Origin: a virus
Lineage: Duplodnaviria; Caudoviricetes
Strand: one strand, 5' to 3'
DNA length: 64,000 bases
Virus record (IMG/VR): IMGVR_UViG_3300031949_000018
Coordinates: 1-64,000 of that record
In this document: piece by piece, positions 26,621-35,447 of the stretch
How positions within the stretch are numbered: the first letter of the stretch is position 1
Layout: every line of letters begins with the position of its first letter
Notes under the pieces: generated by a model
The model's input: the letters and a program-made list of their open reading frames with translations, nothing else
Told to the model about the DNA's origin: nothing
Databases searched by the model: none
Position numbers and translations under genes: made by a program

Positions 26621-27855
26621 GAGAAAAACGCCTCTAGTGAAGACGCCTTCTGAGGTGGGGCGTGGGCCTGCTTCTTCGCCTCCGAGTACGTCTTGATGAG
26701 TCCGTCGACCACAGCCTTGTTGTTGATCTGCCTCTTCCAGAACTCGAAAGACATCTCCCTCCAGTCCATCCTCATCCCTGGGTCTCCGTTTATCTTGTCC
26801 ATGAGCTCAGCGGTTTCCTTCTGGGTGTCTGCCGATAGCCAGACCGTGCCGTTGTTCTCCGTTTCTACCAGGGGCTTACCGGTGACCCGGTCCAGTACGT
26901 GCTGACCGAAGTGCCGGTGAAAGAGGGGGATGGAGCCAACCGAGGCACACTCGGCGTGGCAGTACTCGACGTTCTGGCCATAGAGTTCTGGCTTGAGGTG
27001 ATAAAGGTTGCTGGCGAAACCCGAGCGGCTGAGGCGCTCGAGCATCTCGGCGTTGACGTAGGGGGGATAGCAGAATGGTGCTAGCCCGTATCCCTCCTTG
27101 CCTGCGTCGACGTTGCCCTTGAACTTCCTGAAGAAGTCCTGTAGGTCTCGGGGTTGGGTTTTGCCGTGGCCATCGTGATAGAGGACGATGGCGTACTGGA
27201 TCGACGCCTCGAGTCCCTCAAGGATGGTGCGGTATCCTCGTGACCTGAGCTCGTCGTTGTGGAAGTCGATCATGTCGGTTGGGCCCTTCCATTGGGCCGT
27301 GCGACCGATCCACCTCACCGTCTTCCTGTCGATCTCGTCCAGTGGGCGCCAGTACTTTGCCCGAGTCTCATCGAACGCGAACCCCGTCACACACATCTCT
27401 ATGAAGGGGGTGGTGATCCCGCTCTTCTGCATCCAGTTGAACAGGGCACCCTTCTTCGAGTGTGCGATGACGAGGTCGACGCTGCGAAAGTAGCGATCGA
27501 TGTTGGCGTTGTCGTGAAGGGTCTTATAGGAGTGGTCATGATGAACCGCGATCTTCTTGGTCTGGAGCATCTCCACCATCTTGATGAAGTTGTCCTGGCA
27601 CTCCTTGGGGTGCTTGCGGTTGGGCATGGAGTAGAAGACAACGGCGTCGAAGGTGTCCAGCTTGTAGACCAGGGCGTCCAACGCCGAATCGTCGCCCATC
27701 ATCACCGGCGTGTAGACGAGATCGTTGGGCCGGTGCCACGTCTTGTCGATCGTGGCGAAGACCTCGCAATTCTTGTAGTAGCGGGAAAATTCTATGGCGT
27801 TCTTGGTGACGCCGCAACCCTCAACACCCTTGCCCAGAAACAGCGCTATCTTCAT
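26617..27855 (-). CDS. agt: DNA alpha-glucosyltransferase-like GT-B enzyme
   Basis: MKIALFLGKGVEGCGVTK matches the T4 Agt N-terminus (MRICIFMARGLEGCGVTK); VRWIGR, EY...E. Confidence 0.8.
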   Translation of the reverse strand: MKIALFLGKGVEGCGVTKNAIEFSRYYKNCEVFATIDKTWHRPNDLVYTPVMMGDDSALDALVYKLDTFDAVVFYSMPNRKHPKECQDNFIKMVEMLQTKKIAVHHDHSYKTLHDNANIDRYFRSVDLVIAHSKKGALFNWMQKSGITTPFIEMCVTGFAFDETRAKYWRPLDEIDRKTVRWIGRTAQWKGPTDMIDFHNDELRSRGYRTILEGLEASIQYAIVLYHDGHGKTQPRDLQDFFRKFKGNVDAGKEGYGLAPFCYPPYVNAEMLERLSRSGFASNLYHLKPELYGQNVEYCHAECASVGSIPLFHRHFGQHVLDRVTGKPLVETENNGTVWLSADTQKETAELMDKINGDPGMRMDWREMSFEFWKRQINNKAVVDGLIKTYSEAKKQAHAPPQKASSLEAFFS

Positions 27856-28291
27856 ACTGAACCTTCTTCTTGCCTGGGGGTCTACCTTTCCTACGAAAGG
27901 GGACACTTCCATCATGAACTTCTGGGTTATTTATATAGCCCGCGAGATCGGCCAGGAACTTTTCTACGAAGGGCGCGCTGTTGAGTTTCCGGTTCAATCC
28001 GGAAGGGTGTGGGGCCTTGAAGTAGTTGTGGGTATAGCGACTCACGATGGCGTGGGTAACCGACCCCATGACCACTATCTTGCCCTTGTGGAGGGCCAGA
28101 ACCGACTGCAGGAAGTCCACCTCCTCATCGGTCGGGGAGAACCTCCCAGGGCGGTGCTGGATATTCACGAATGAGTAGTGGCCCACGCCGACGACGTTCA
28201 TCCATCCCACGACTACCCTCTGGAATTTATTCTTGAACAGAGAGAGCCCCGGCGCCTTAGCCGGATTCATTCCTATGACAAGGACATTCAT
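27821..28291 (-). CDS. UDG-superfamily fold protein
   Basis: VLVIGMNP and PHPSGLNR motifs. Confidence 0.65.
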   Translation of the reverse strand: MNVLVIGMNPAKAPGLSLFKNKFQRVVVGWMNVVGVGHYSFVNIQHRPGRFSPTDEEVDFLQSVLALHKGKIVVMGSVTHAIVSRYTHNYFKAPHPSGLNRKLNSAPFVEKFLADLAGYINNPEVHDGSVPFRRKGRPPGKKKVQYEDSAVSGQGC

Positions 28292-28461
28292 TTGTGTTCA
28301 CACCACCACAGAGGAGCTGGGGCAAACAAATAAGGTGAGACCGGGCCATGGGCCTTAACCAATGCCATCATAACCGTCTTGCACTTTTCTTCTGTCGCAA
28401 ATTGCCCTTCTTCTGTGCTACTACAGAATTGGCATAAGACGGCCATCAACACCCAGTTCAC
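28288..28461 (-). CDS. Small Cys-containing, possibly secreted protein
   Basis: GTG start overlapping the gp42 stop; hydrophobic N-terminus. Confidence 0.45.
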   Translation of the reverse strand: MNWVLMAVLCQFCSSTEEGQFATEEKCKTVMMALVKAHGPVSPYLFAPAPLWWCEHK

Positions 28462-29114
28462 TAGTCTTCCTTCACGAACTTGAAAGCCGATTCGTAGAAG
28501 TGGAGACTCCCGGCAAACCACCAGATGTCGCCGGGTTCGACCTGGAGATCCTCGGCGAGCTGCACAAGGACGTGCCTCTGCCAGGCCCAGTCGTTTCGAT
28601 ACCCGTGATAGGCGTCGTTCGACCTCATGCTGACGTAGGCGCTGAGCACCCCGTAGCGGACGACGTACTGGACCGAGTTGGTGCACATGAAGTCCTGCAT
28701 CCCCTCAAAGTTCTGGTCGACGTGCATCGTCGGTCGGGTGTAGATCATGACACCTCGCCTCGATGAGGGGTCCTTGGCGAGCTCGGCCCTGACCTTCTCG
28801 TACTGGTGTCCGTTGCCCTCTGAGTAGATCGCCCAGCCGTAGTTGGAGTTGATCACACCGTCGGGTGTGGCGACCTTCTTCCAGATCGCCGGGACCTCTC
28901 CCTCGATATCGTTGACGTTGAGGGACATCGACTCGTACCACTTGAGCTCCCTGGCTATGTAGTCGTGATTGATCTCGCCGAATATCGTTGGCTGGTCGGC
29001 CAGGAAGAACGCAGGCGAGATCTCGATCGTCTTGATCCCGCCTGGGAGCACGACGAACGACTTATCCCTCAAGATCGTGGAGAACTTATCACGAATGTCT
29101 TGAACTCGATTCAT
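28461..29114 (-). CDS. 42: dCMP hydroxymethylase (T4 gp42-like, thymidylate synthase fold)
   Basis: NSNYG, SRR, DFMCTN, MRSND..G.RND.AW (Asp at the cytosine-specificity position). Confidence 0.85.
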   Translation of the reverse strand: MNRVQDIRDKFSTILRDKSFVVLPGGIKTIEISPAFFLADQPTIFGEINHDYIARELKWYESMSLNVNDIEGEVPAIWKKVATPDGVINSNYGWAIYSEGNGHQYEKVRAELAKDPSSRRGVMIYTRPTMHVDQNFEGMQDFMCTNSVQYVVRYGVLSAYVSMRSNDAYHGYRNDWAWQRHVLVQLAEDLQVEPGDIWWFAGSLHFYESAFKFVKED

Positions 29115-29476
29115 TACCAGTTCACCGGAATTCCCTTGCCGCACTTCACGGAGATCTCACTGTAGTCGTGGTACATGACTTTCACTATGAGTTGTTTATT
29201 GGGAATCCCCGACAAGCTGTCGGACATCGCAAACTTTACGTCTATCCACTTGAGCCCGACGGTCTCCTTGTCCTGACGAGATTTCTTGTTGAATATCTGT
29301 ACCGCGTCCATCAAGTCGCGAAGCTCGTCGCTGTTGATCGTCGGCAGTCGAGAGCACATGGAAAGGGTCGCGGCGGTTATAGACTCTGGGGTGTCATACG
29401 TCGACTGTGCCAGGGTCGGCACAGGTACGAGGCCTAGGGCCACGATAAACGCCAGCGCTGATATCTGTATCTTCAT
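29114..29476 (-). CDS. Signal-peptide hypothetical protein
   Basis: Hydrophobic N-terminus ending TLA-Q. Confidence 0.6.
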   Translation of the reverse strand: MKIQISALAFIVALGLVPVPTLAQSTYDTPESITAATLSMCSRLPTINSDELRDLMDAVQIFNKKSRQDKETVGLKWIDVKFAMSDSLSGIPNKQLIVKVMYHDYSEISVKCGKGIPVNW

Positions 29477-29889
29477 TTGTCTGATTCCTCTGTTAAGATT
29501 ATGGTCTCGTCAGCGGGTGACTTGGCCGCCTGCTGTGCCCGCGGGATCTTGTTGAAGATGTCACGGTTATCACTCTGGCCGTCCATCCTCCCCCTGAGAT
29601 ACGATACGGCGAAGCTGAGGTAGTTGATGGCGTCCTTGAGTGAGTCCTCGATCGCCTCGAACTTCGGCTCTTCCCCGAACTCAAACGCCTCTATCAGGGA
29701 TTTATACCTCACCAGCTTCTGGTGGGCCATGTCCATGATCGTCTGGATGCCGTGGGGGTAGTGGTCAGCCTGTTTCACCGAGGACAGTGGATTCTGATAG
29801 TCCCGGCTCTTCGCCGCCTGGATTTCTATGCACTCCAGCAGCACCTTTATCGACTCCCTCGCTGGGACGGTCATCTTTAATTCTGACAT
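29473..29889 (-). CDS. Nucleotide-modification-associated alpha-helical protein (Nmad1/DUF1599-like)
   Basis: K..DY, K..R...L, E...DSL.D.INY. Confidence 0.7.
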   Translation of the reverse strand: MSELKMTVPARESIKVLLECIEIQAAKSRDYQNPLSSVKQADHYPHGIQTIMDMAHQKLVRYKSLIEAFEFGEEPKFEAIEDSLKDAINYLSFAVSYLRGRMDGQSDNRDIFNKIPRAQQAAKSPADETIILTEESDK

Positions 29890-30517
29890 GTTTACTCCGG
29901 TCTAGAAAACGTGGATTAGTGATAGAATTCCAAGGCTGTGCCGCTTCATTGTGTCTCGAATCATGTGCTTGGAGATGAGGGTAAACCATTTCCTGTCTAA
30001 GTTTGCCCGTCCTTCTATCCGTGAGGGTAGAAGGATACGAGTGATTTAGGAATGAATTTACTTCCACCAGCATAGTAAAGTCAACGACGTAGTGGTCTTC
30101 ATGTCTAACAAATTTTCCGTAGAGGAGATAGTTCACTAGAAGTCTGTTCTTAATGATCTGGACGAACTGCGGGATCTTCATGGTGACCCAGTTGTTCACG
30201 ATGTCGCCGTGGTATTTGCAGTCGAACGCGGCACCACCCGGGTCCTTTGCATCGATCGCAAAAGTCTCTCGCCTATACGGATCGATGTTGATCTTATAGT
30301 CGAACTCGACCCCGAGGGCGTTACACGCAGCGACATCTAAGATCATACATTCTACGTTGAACCAGACCTGTTCCTTAGTGCGTTCCTGTCTTTGACGCGA
30401 ATTGCTACCGATGTTGTGGGCGACTTGAGACATCCAATTTTTAAGCCGAGAGTCGCAAGGAACTATCCATGGCTGAGAAAAAAAAAGGTCGGCGTATTGT
30501 TGCTGGGTCTTTGGCAT
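29765..30517 (-). CDS. Putative PD-(D/E)xK nuclease-like protein
   Basis: FAID...FDCK candidate core; AT-richer; own promoter; 125-nt overlap with the next gene. Confidence 0.45.
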   Translation of the reverse strand: MPKTQQQYADLFFSQPWIVPCDSRLKNWMSQVAHNIGSNSRQRQERTKEQVWFNVECMILDVAACNALGVEFDYKINIDPYRRETFAIDAKDPGGAAFDCKYHGDIVNNWVTMKIPQFVQIIKNRLLVNYLLYGKFVRHEDHYVVDFTMLVEVNSFLNHSYPSTLTDRRTGKLRQEMVYPHLQAHDSRHNEAAQPWNSITNPRFLDRSKHVRIKDDRPSEGVDKGAAGVHRNPGGEEPGLSESTVLGETG

Positions 30518-30560
30518 GGTGCAAAACTACACCAGCCGCGATCAAGGTGTCAACTACGCC

Positions 30561-30698
30561 TCAGGATAAAATGCGCTCGGTTATCAGCCAACACAGGAAG
30601 AGGGACAGAAGCATCACGCCCCATCCTGGGAGAGTCGACGCGGCGACCAGGATCAACACCACGGGAACCGCTAGGACCCAAAGTTTTGAGGGCATCAT
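30561..30698 (-). CDS. Small two-TM membrane protein (absent from the ORF track)
   Basis: MMPSKLWVLAVPVVLILVAASTLPGWGVMLLSLFLCWLITERILS. Confidence 0.55.
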   Translation of the reverse strand: MMPSKLWVLAVPVVLILVAASTLPGWGVMLLSLFLCWLITERILS

Positions 30699-31171
30699 AA
30701 CCCCACCAAGAGTTCGGCCATGCGCCCTGAGAACGTGCCCGGTTTCACCTCATCATTAACACCGAGCCTCGGTGGGCTTCCATCATACGGGCGCTCGATG
30801 GGGCGCATGGAAGCCATTTTACATCCTTCGAAATCGCAGCCGAGAACTAGCATGGACTCAGTTTTATCGTCGTAGGAGTTCACCTGGCGATGGGGATCGC
30901 GACTCTTTAGTTCACTGGAATCAAAGGCCCTGGTCCACACCTCAGAGATTTGAACGTAGAAGTCGACACTTTTAGTCTTGAACATCTGCCTCACCAAGGT
31001 GAGTATAATTTGCTTCTCATTCTCATTGCCCCAAGGAGTAACTGTCATTATAATTTCATTATTAGCCGTATGGGCCATGAACATAGAAGTCGTGCTGCCG
31101 TCCTCCTCAAATTGCTTCTTGGCCGTATCAACGGCATAATCAAAAAGTTCTTTCAACGTAGCTTTGGCCAT
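30695..31171 (-). CDS. Hypothetical protein
   Basis: ORF track. Confidence 0.65.
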   Translation of the reverse strand: MAKATLKELFDYAVDTAKKQFEEDGSTTSMFMAHTANNEIIMTVTPWGNENEKQIILTLVRQMFKTKSVDFYVQISEVWTRAFDSSELKSRDPHRQVNSYDDKTESMLVLGCDFEGCKMASMRPIERPYDGSPPRLGVNDEVKPGTFSGRMAELLVGL

Positions 31172-31186
31172 GATAACAATTTCCTT

Positions 31187-31813
31187 TCAAAACCCGAAGT
31201 TCTTTGTGGGGCGCCTGCATTTTACCTGCCATCCTGAGTTGGTGCCCTCCCGCCCGCAAAACTCGAGAGTGGCCTCTGGGTTCTTAAGCACGATTCCCTC
31301 GTCGAGGACAGACCCGACGTGTTCCAGACTATCGTAGAGCCCGGTGAGATCCTGGGTATGGCACTTGGCCATCGACACCTTGTCGGTCCACGCCCCGATC
31401 TTCGATAGGGCGTCCTGACGGGCGCCGAACGTGGTTCCAACCAGGTCGTCACCGGTCAGACGGAGTACGTCGAACACATAGGCGGTGTCGCGAACGTCGC
31501 CACCCTTGGAGTGGAGGAGCTCAAAGACAAAGTACGAATCCGGGAACGACGAGAAGAATCCAGATACTTCTGGGTGCGGGGTCCAAGCCTTGTGTGCCTC
31601 CCCCTGACGGTTCCAGTACTCCACTTTCCGGTCCGCGTCGATGGCGACGACCGAGCACGTTCCATTCTTCTTGATCTGGGCAATCCACTCGCGGCGCTCG
31701 TAGAACTTTATTAGGTCCCGGGCGATCGCCTTCTCTGGTCGAGGTGGATATACGAAGTTCATGGCCGAAGCGCCAGCTCGAACAGGCCGACGTTGCAGTC
31801 GTGGCGCCGACAC
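31187..31813 (-). CDS. ATP-dependent ligase adenylation-domain-only protein
   Basis: QIKKNG (motif I), FEL, VFDVL, EGIVLK, VKCR; no OB domain. Confidence 0.75.
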   Translation of the reverse strand: MSAPRLQRRPVRAGASAMNFVYPPRPEKAIARDLIKFYERREWIAQIKKNGTCSVVAIDADRKVEYWNRQGEAHKAWTPHPEVSGFFSSFPDSYFVFELLHSKGGDVRDTAYVFDVLRLTGDDLVGTTFGARQDALSKIGAWTDKVSMAKCHTQDLTGLYDSLEHVGSVLDEGIVLKNPEATLEFCGREGTNSGWQVKCRRPTKNFGF

Positions 31814-32070
31814 CAGACTTGGAGTCCCTTCTCGGTGGCGCCGACCTCATTCATTCCCCACTCCTGGGGAGACTTGTCGGGTGGCTTTTCCTTGAGACAC
31901 TTCCCACAGTGGAAGTACATCACGATCTCAAGCGCCGCTCTCATATCTGAGTCGAGTGTGAGGATCGGAGTCGGCTTTGGCACGTCGTCGTTAGACGCAG
32001 ACTCCGGAGAAGACTTGGCGCCGTTATTGGATGAGACCAGCTTTAGCTTGGGAGGTTCATTCTTGTCCAT
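31759..32070 (-). CDS. Cys/His-containing hypothetical protein
   Basis: HCGKC ... WCRRH. Confidence 0.6.
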   Translation of the reverse strand: MDKNEPPKLKLVSSNNGAKSSPESASNDDVPKPTPILTLDSDMRAALEIVMYFHCGKCLKEKPPDKSPQEWGMNEVGATEKGLQVWCRRHDCNVGLFELALRP

Positions 32071-32743
32071 CGATGATCTCCTTCACGACCTTGATCGATG
32101 CCTTGACGTCGGTCTTCTCGAGCTTCGCCTTGATGGCGAGGACGGAGACCATGGTGAAGAATCTGTCGGTCAGCTTCTTCTCATACACCGTGTTGATCGA
32201 CTCCTCGGTCACGACGTATTTCTTGCTGCCCTCCTGGAGCTGGATGAAGTCATCGGGCATCCCAGGTATCTTGGCCAGGGCCGCCGATATCTTCTCGAGC
32301 AACTTCTCGTCGCCGGCCCACTTTGGGTTGACGATATAGCGCTGGGGGACCACGTCCAGTGTCTCGTAGGGAATCTCGGCGGCGTCGAACGCCGCCCGCT
32401 CCTCGGTCGTGAGTGGGCTCGAAGACGCCCGCCTGCGCATCTCGCAGGAGGCAGACGCCGTCCCGTCGATGCCGCGGAAGTTGTCCGGGCGCTTTTCGCC
32501 CGTCTTGAATATCTTCTTCATCTTGGTGTTGATGTCCTCCCCGAGCGTCTCCCGGAGGGTCGTGAGGTTCTTTATGACCGCGTCTACGTGGGCGTAGTCA
32601 CTGAGGCCCTTGATGGCGTGCTCGATCTTGTCACTCTTGGGGTCTTTTTTCTCGGGGGCCTTTATGACCTCGGCGGTCTTGAAGAAGTTCACGGGGGCCG
32701 ACCGGGGCTCGGGGGCCGCGTGGTTCACTACTAGCTTTAGCAT
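32057..32743 (-). CDS. Hypothetical protein
   Basis: AGGAGA RBS and upstream promoter. Confidence 0.75.
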   Translation of the reverse strand: MLKLVVNHAAPEPRSAPVNFFKTAEVIKAPEKKDPKSDKIEHAIKGLSDYAHVDAVIKNLTTLRETLGEDINTKMKKIFKTGEKRPDNFRGIDGTASASCEMRRRASSSPLTTEERAAFDAAEIPYETLDVVPQRYIVNPKWAGDEKLLEKISAALAKIPGMPDDFIQLQEGSKKYVVTEESINTVYEKKLTDRFFTMVSVLAIKAKLEKTDVKASIKVVKEIIDGQE

Positions 32744-32772
32744 AGGTCTCCTCCTATCACAACTATTTGACT

Positions 32773-32801
32773 AGTATAACACACTCATAACCAGGTGTCA
32801 A
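32773..32801 (-). promoter_or_regulatory. Sigma70-type early promoter
   Basis: TTGACA-N17-TATACT. Confidence 0.75.
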
Positions 32802-32820
32802 TGGCCGTCTACAAACAAAG

Positions 32821-32853
32821 AAAGAGGCCCTGGGTGTAGTCCCCAGGGCCCTC
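32821..32853 (-). terminator. Terminator
   Basis: GAGGGCCCTGGG...CCCAGGGCCTC followed by TTT. Confidence 0.6.
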
Positions 32854-32944
32854 GATGAGACCAGGCGATTTAATGGTAAACGTCTGAACCTCCTAGGAAC
32901 CACATCACCTGTTTCTTCCGTTAGTACCCTATGAAAGGCTCCCC

Positions 32945-33334
32945 CTAGGAGGTGGCTAAAGTGATAGAACCGCGCCCATCTTCGACGATGCGCTTGTGTT
33001 GCCGCATCTTTCCGATGGCGGCGTTTCCAGTGTTCCAGGCAAAACCTTCCTTCTTGAGGTAGGACTTGATCTGTTGACTGGTCGCCACGGAGTGTTTCTT
33101 CAGGTATTCCGTGATGAGGTGCTCTGAGGACCCATCAGGATGATAGAAGTGCCTCGTGCCCTTGGCCCTGGTAAGTTTCGGTTTTTGGGTCGTAGATGGC
33201 ACGGCGACTTCCTTGTCTTCGTTGGCCATGGGTCTCATCGTGACGACGAATCCCTCGGCTATAAGTTGGTTCATCTGACCCATCAACTTCGGATCAGTGA
33301 GACTTCCTTTGACGATAAATGCAACTTTGGTCAT
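32945..33334 (-). CDS. Putative wHTH DNA-binding protein (paralog of 12086-12487)
   Basis: Shared motif and architecture. Confidence 0.65.
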   Translation of the reverse strand: MTKVAFIVKGSLTDPKLMGQMNQLIAEGFVVTMRPMANEDKEVAVPSTTQKPKLTRAKGTRHFYHPDGSSEHLITEYLKKHSVATSQQIKSYLKKEGFAWNTGNAAIGKMRQHKRIVEDGRGSITLATS

Positions 33335-33488
33335 GTATTTCCTTTCTGTTCTAGTTCTTCGATCCTCGCTATGAGGCGGCGAACGTCGCCCGCCGTGGCG
33401 TACTGATAGCCGTTGCCTTTCAGCTTGGCTATAGTCTGATTGACGTCGGGGAGCTTAAGTTCTTCCCCGACGTCTGATTCGCTCTTGG

Positions 33489-33752
33489 TCACAGACGACC
33501 TAGGAAGTCGTCGGCGAAGGCCGAGGCAAATGACTCGGGGACGCCGATCATACTGCAGAAGGCCCTGGCATCCTTCTCGATCGCCTGGCGGACATCCACG
33601 TCGGAGAGGTTGTCCTCCACGGCGGTCTGATACTCGTCACAGACGGAGTTGAAGAATACGTCGGAAAGTTGGATGGCATTGAGGGTAACCTCCCCAGGCA
33701 GGTTGGCCGAGGTGAGTTCTTCTAGGTTCTGCGTCTTGGCAGCGGTGCCCAT
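33489..33752 (-). CDS. Hypothetical protein
   Basis: GGAGG RBS. Confidence 0.65.
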   Translation of the reverse strand: MGTAAKTQNLEELTSANLPGEVTLNAIQLSDVFFNSVCDEYQTAVEDNLSDVDVRQAIEKDARAFCSMIGVPESFASAFADDFLGRL

Positions 33753-33801
33753 GGTGTCCTCCTATGGTTGCCAGACACCGTAACACACCCAGGTGTCGAT
33801 G

Positions 33802-34008
33802 TCAATTGGGTCTTTTATCTTCTCGCTCGTTGGGATTGGTTCGGAGTCGCTTCACCTCGTCGATCACCTGGTCCCATTCCTTCTCGTTCATGGCCGCGCT
33901 AAGGACCCACTTGAGGCCGTCGTGCGTCTGTTCCAGGTGAATGTCGTCGCAGTGCTGGCAGCGAAACACGCGGACGTGTTGCGACGTGCCTGAGATATGC
34001 ATCTTCAT
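33802..34008 (-). CDS. Small Cys/His hypothetical protein
   Basis: GAGGAGG RBS; CQHC..IH. Confidence 0.6.
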   Translation of the reverse strand: MKMHISGTSQHVRVFRCQHCDDIHLEQTHDGLKWVLSAAMNEKEWDQVIDEVKRLRTNPNEREDKRPN

Positions 34009-34018
34009 TTAGTCCTCC

Positions 34019-34672
34019 TCATAGTGACGGGTGTGGTTCACTAGGGCAGCGCCTCAACATACCCCTCTCGACGGCTTCCTCATACTCGAGAACGAGGAAC
34101 ACCTGATAATATGACGGGGCGCGATCGTCACGACCCCAGGTGTCGCGCATCCGATACTCCGGGAGAGACTCGCCGTAGTTATCCAGGTAAGTCTTCAGGG
34201 TTGAGGCCATGCCGTCGAGCATCATCTTGGTGGCCAACTCATTGGTGCCCTGGTGGAACTTGAATTGGGCGGTTGGCTCGATGCAGACGTTCTTCATTTT
34301 TGTGTATAAGACACAGGCGCTGGCGCACCCTGCGGTGATGTGCACCGAGATGTTCTCCATCTCTAGCGCTTCGCGAATGGTAAGGAAATACTCGATGCTG
34401 CCGCCGCCGCTGTCTGGTACCTTGACGACCAGGCGAGACTTTCTCTCGCGGGCCAGATCGGCTTCCACGGAGAGCTTCTCAATGAAATCACCGGCCCTGA
34501 TCTGATACTCGTCCTCGTCGTCGGGAGAGTAATCCTTTCCGTCGACAGCAGAATTGGCGACGTAGTCGCCGAGTGATGAATACATGACTGGCTCAGCGGC
34601 TAGGGCCGAGCCAGACAACAAAAGTGCGATGGTGAGGTACTTAAGCGATTCACGTAGGGTTAATGTAGACAT
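34019..34672 (-). CDS. Secreted ClpP/crotonase-like protein
   Basis: Signal peptide; GGGS, CASAC, FKFHQ. Confidence 0.6.
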   Translation of the reverse strand: MSTLTLRESLKYLTIALLLSGSALAAEPVMYSSLGDYVANSAVDGKDYSPDDEDEYQIRAGDFIEKLSVEADLARERKSRLVVKVPDSGGGSIEYFLTIREALEMENISVHITAGCASACVLYTKMKNVCIEPTAQFKFHQGTNELATKMMLDGMASTLKTYLDNYGESLPEYRMRDTWGRDDRAPSYYQVFLVLEYEEAVERGMLRRCPSEPHPSL

Positions 34673-34697
34673 GGAATCCTCCTCTATCTCAAGAAGA

Positions 34698-34726
34698 ACT
34701 ATATCACAATCCTGGCCAGATGTAAA
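34698..34726 (-). promoter_or_regulatory. Sigma70-type promoter
   Basis: TTTACA-N17-TATAGT. Confidence 0.65.
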
Positions 34727-34762
34727 TAGCCTAGTTTTATTCTTTTAGGTCAATGGCTTGCA

Positions 34763-35431
34763 TTACCAGAGGAGATCGAAATAGCCCTGCATTACCTTAG
34801 AAGCCCTGGCGCGACGGCCATTCCGGTGATCCTCTACGGCGTCGTCGCGAAACCGGTATGTCCTGACCTTGTCGCCCCTCATCCCAGATCCGACCTGGGC
34901 ACTCCTCACCTCATTGGACGCGGTGTTCGCCTCCCTCGACGCCATGTCGTGAAGACGGCGGCGCAGCTCGGTCGTGGCCTCGGCGACGTTCGCCTCCTTG
35001 CTGCGTGACTGAACGGTGACGACTATGTTGGTGGGGGTGTGCGTCATTCTAACCGAGCACTGCTTCTTGTTGCGGTGCTGGCCTCCGGCGCCCGTCCCAG
35101 AGAAGAACTCGACGCGGACATCCTCGGGTCGATACTGAAACTGGACAGACGACGCCTTGACCACCGCCACGGTAACGGTGGAGGTATGGGCCCTTCCAGA
35201 TCTCTCGCTGTCTGGGATCCTCTGGATGCGATGGCCGCCAGCCTCGAACTCTATGCGGGGATCTGCGTCTATGATGGTGGACCAATAACCTGGACGGCGC
35301 TCGGAGCGCTGGCACTCTCAGCCGAATCGGGTGAACATCCTCGAGTAGGCGTCGGCCAACTCAGCCACGAACGCCTTGCTGTCGTCGCCACCCTCGGCGG
35401 CTCGTATCTCGATGGAATATCTCGTCCTCAT
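34763..35431 (-). CDS. RF1-like peptide release factor lacking domain 1, with an in-frame TGA at codon 38 (35318-35320)
   Basis: AGGAG RBS + ATG 35431; IEIRAAEGG..., then TGA, then in frame FEAGGHRIQRIP.SE..GR.HTS, GAGGQH.NK, R..K.RTY.F. Confidence 0.85.
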
Positions 35432-35447
35432 GGCCACTCCTAGAAAT

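Noticed and set aside
35318-35320. Selenocysteine insertion at the RF UGA
   Set aside because: The aligned residue is Trp rather than Cys, and no selA/selB/selC was seen; the downstream hairpin is short and lacks clear bSECIS features
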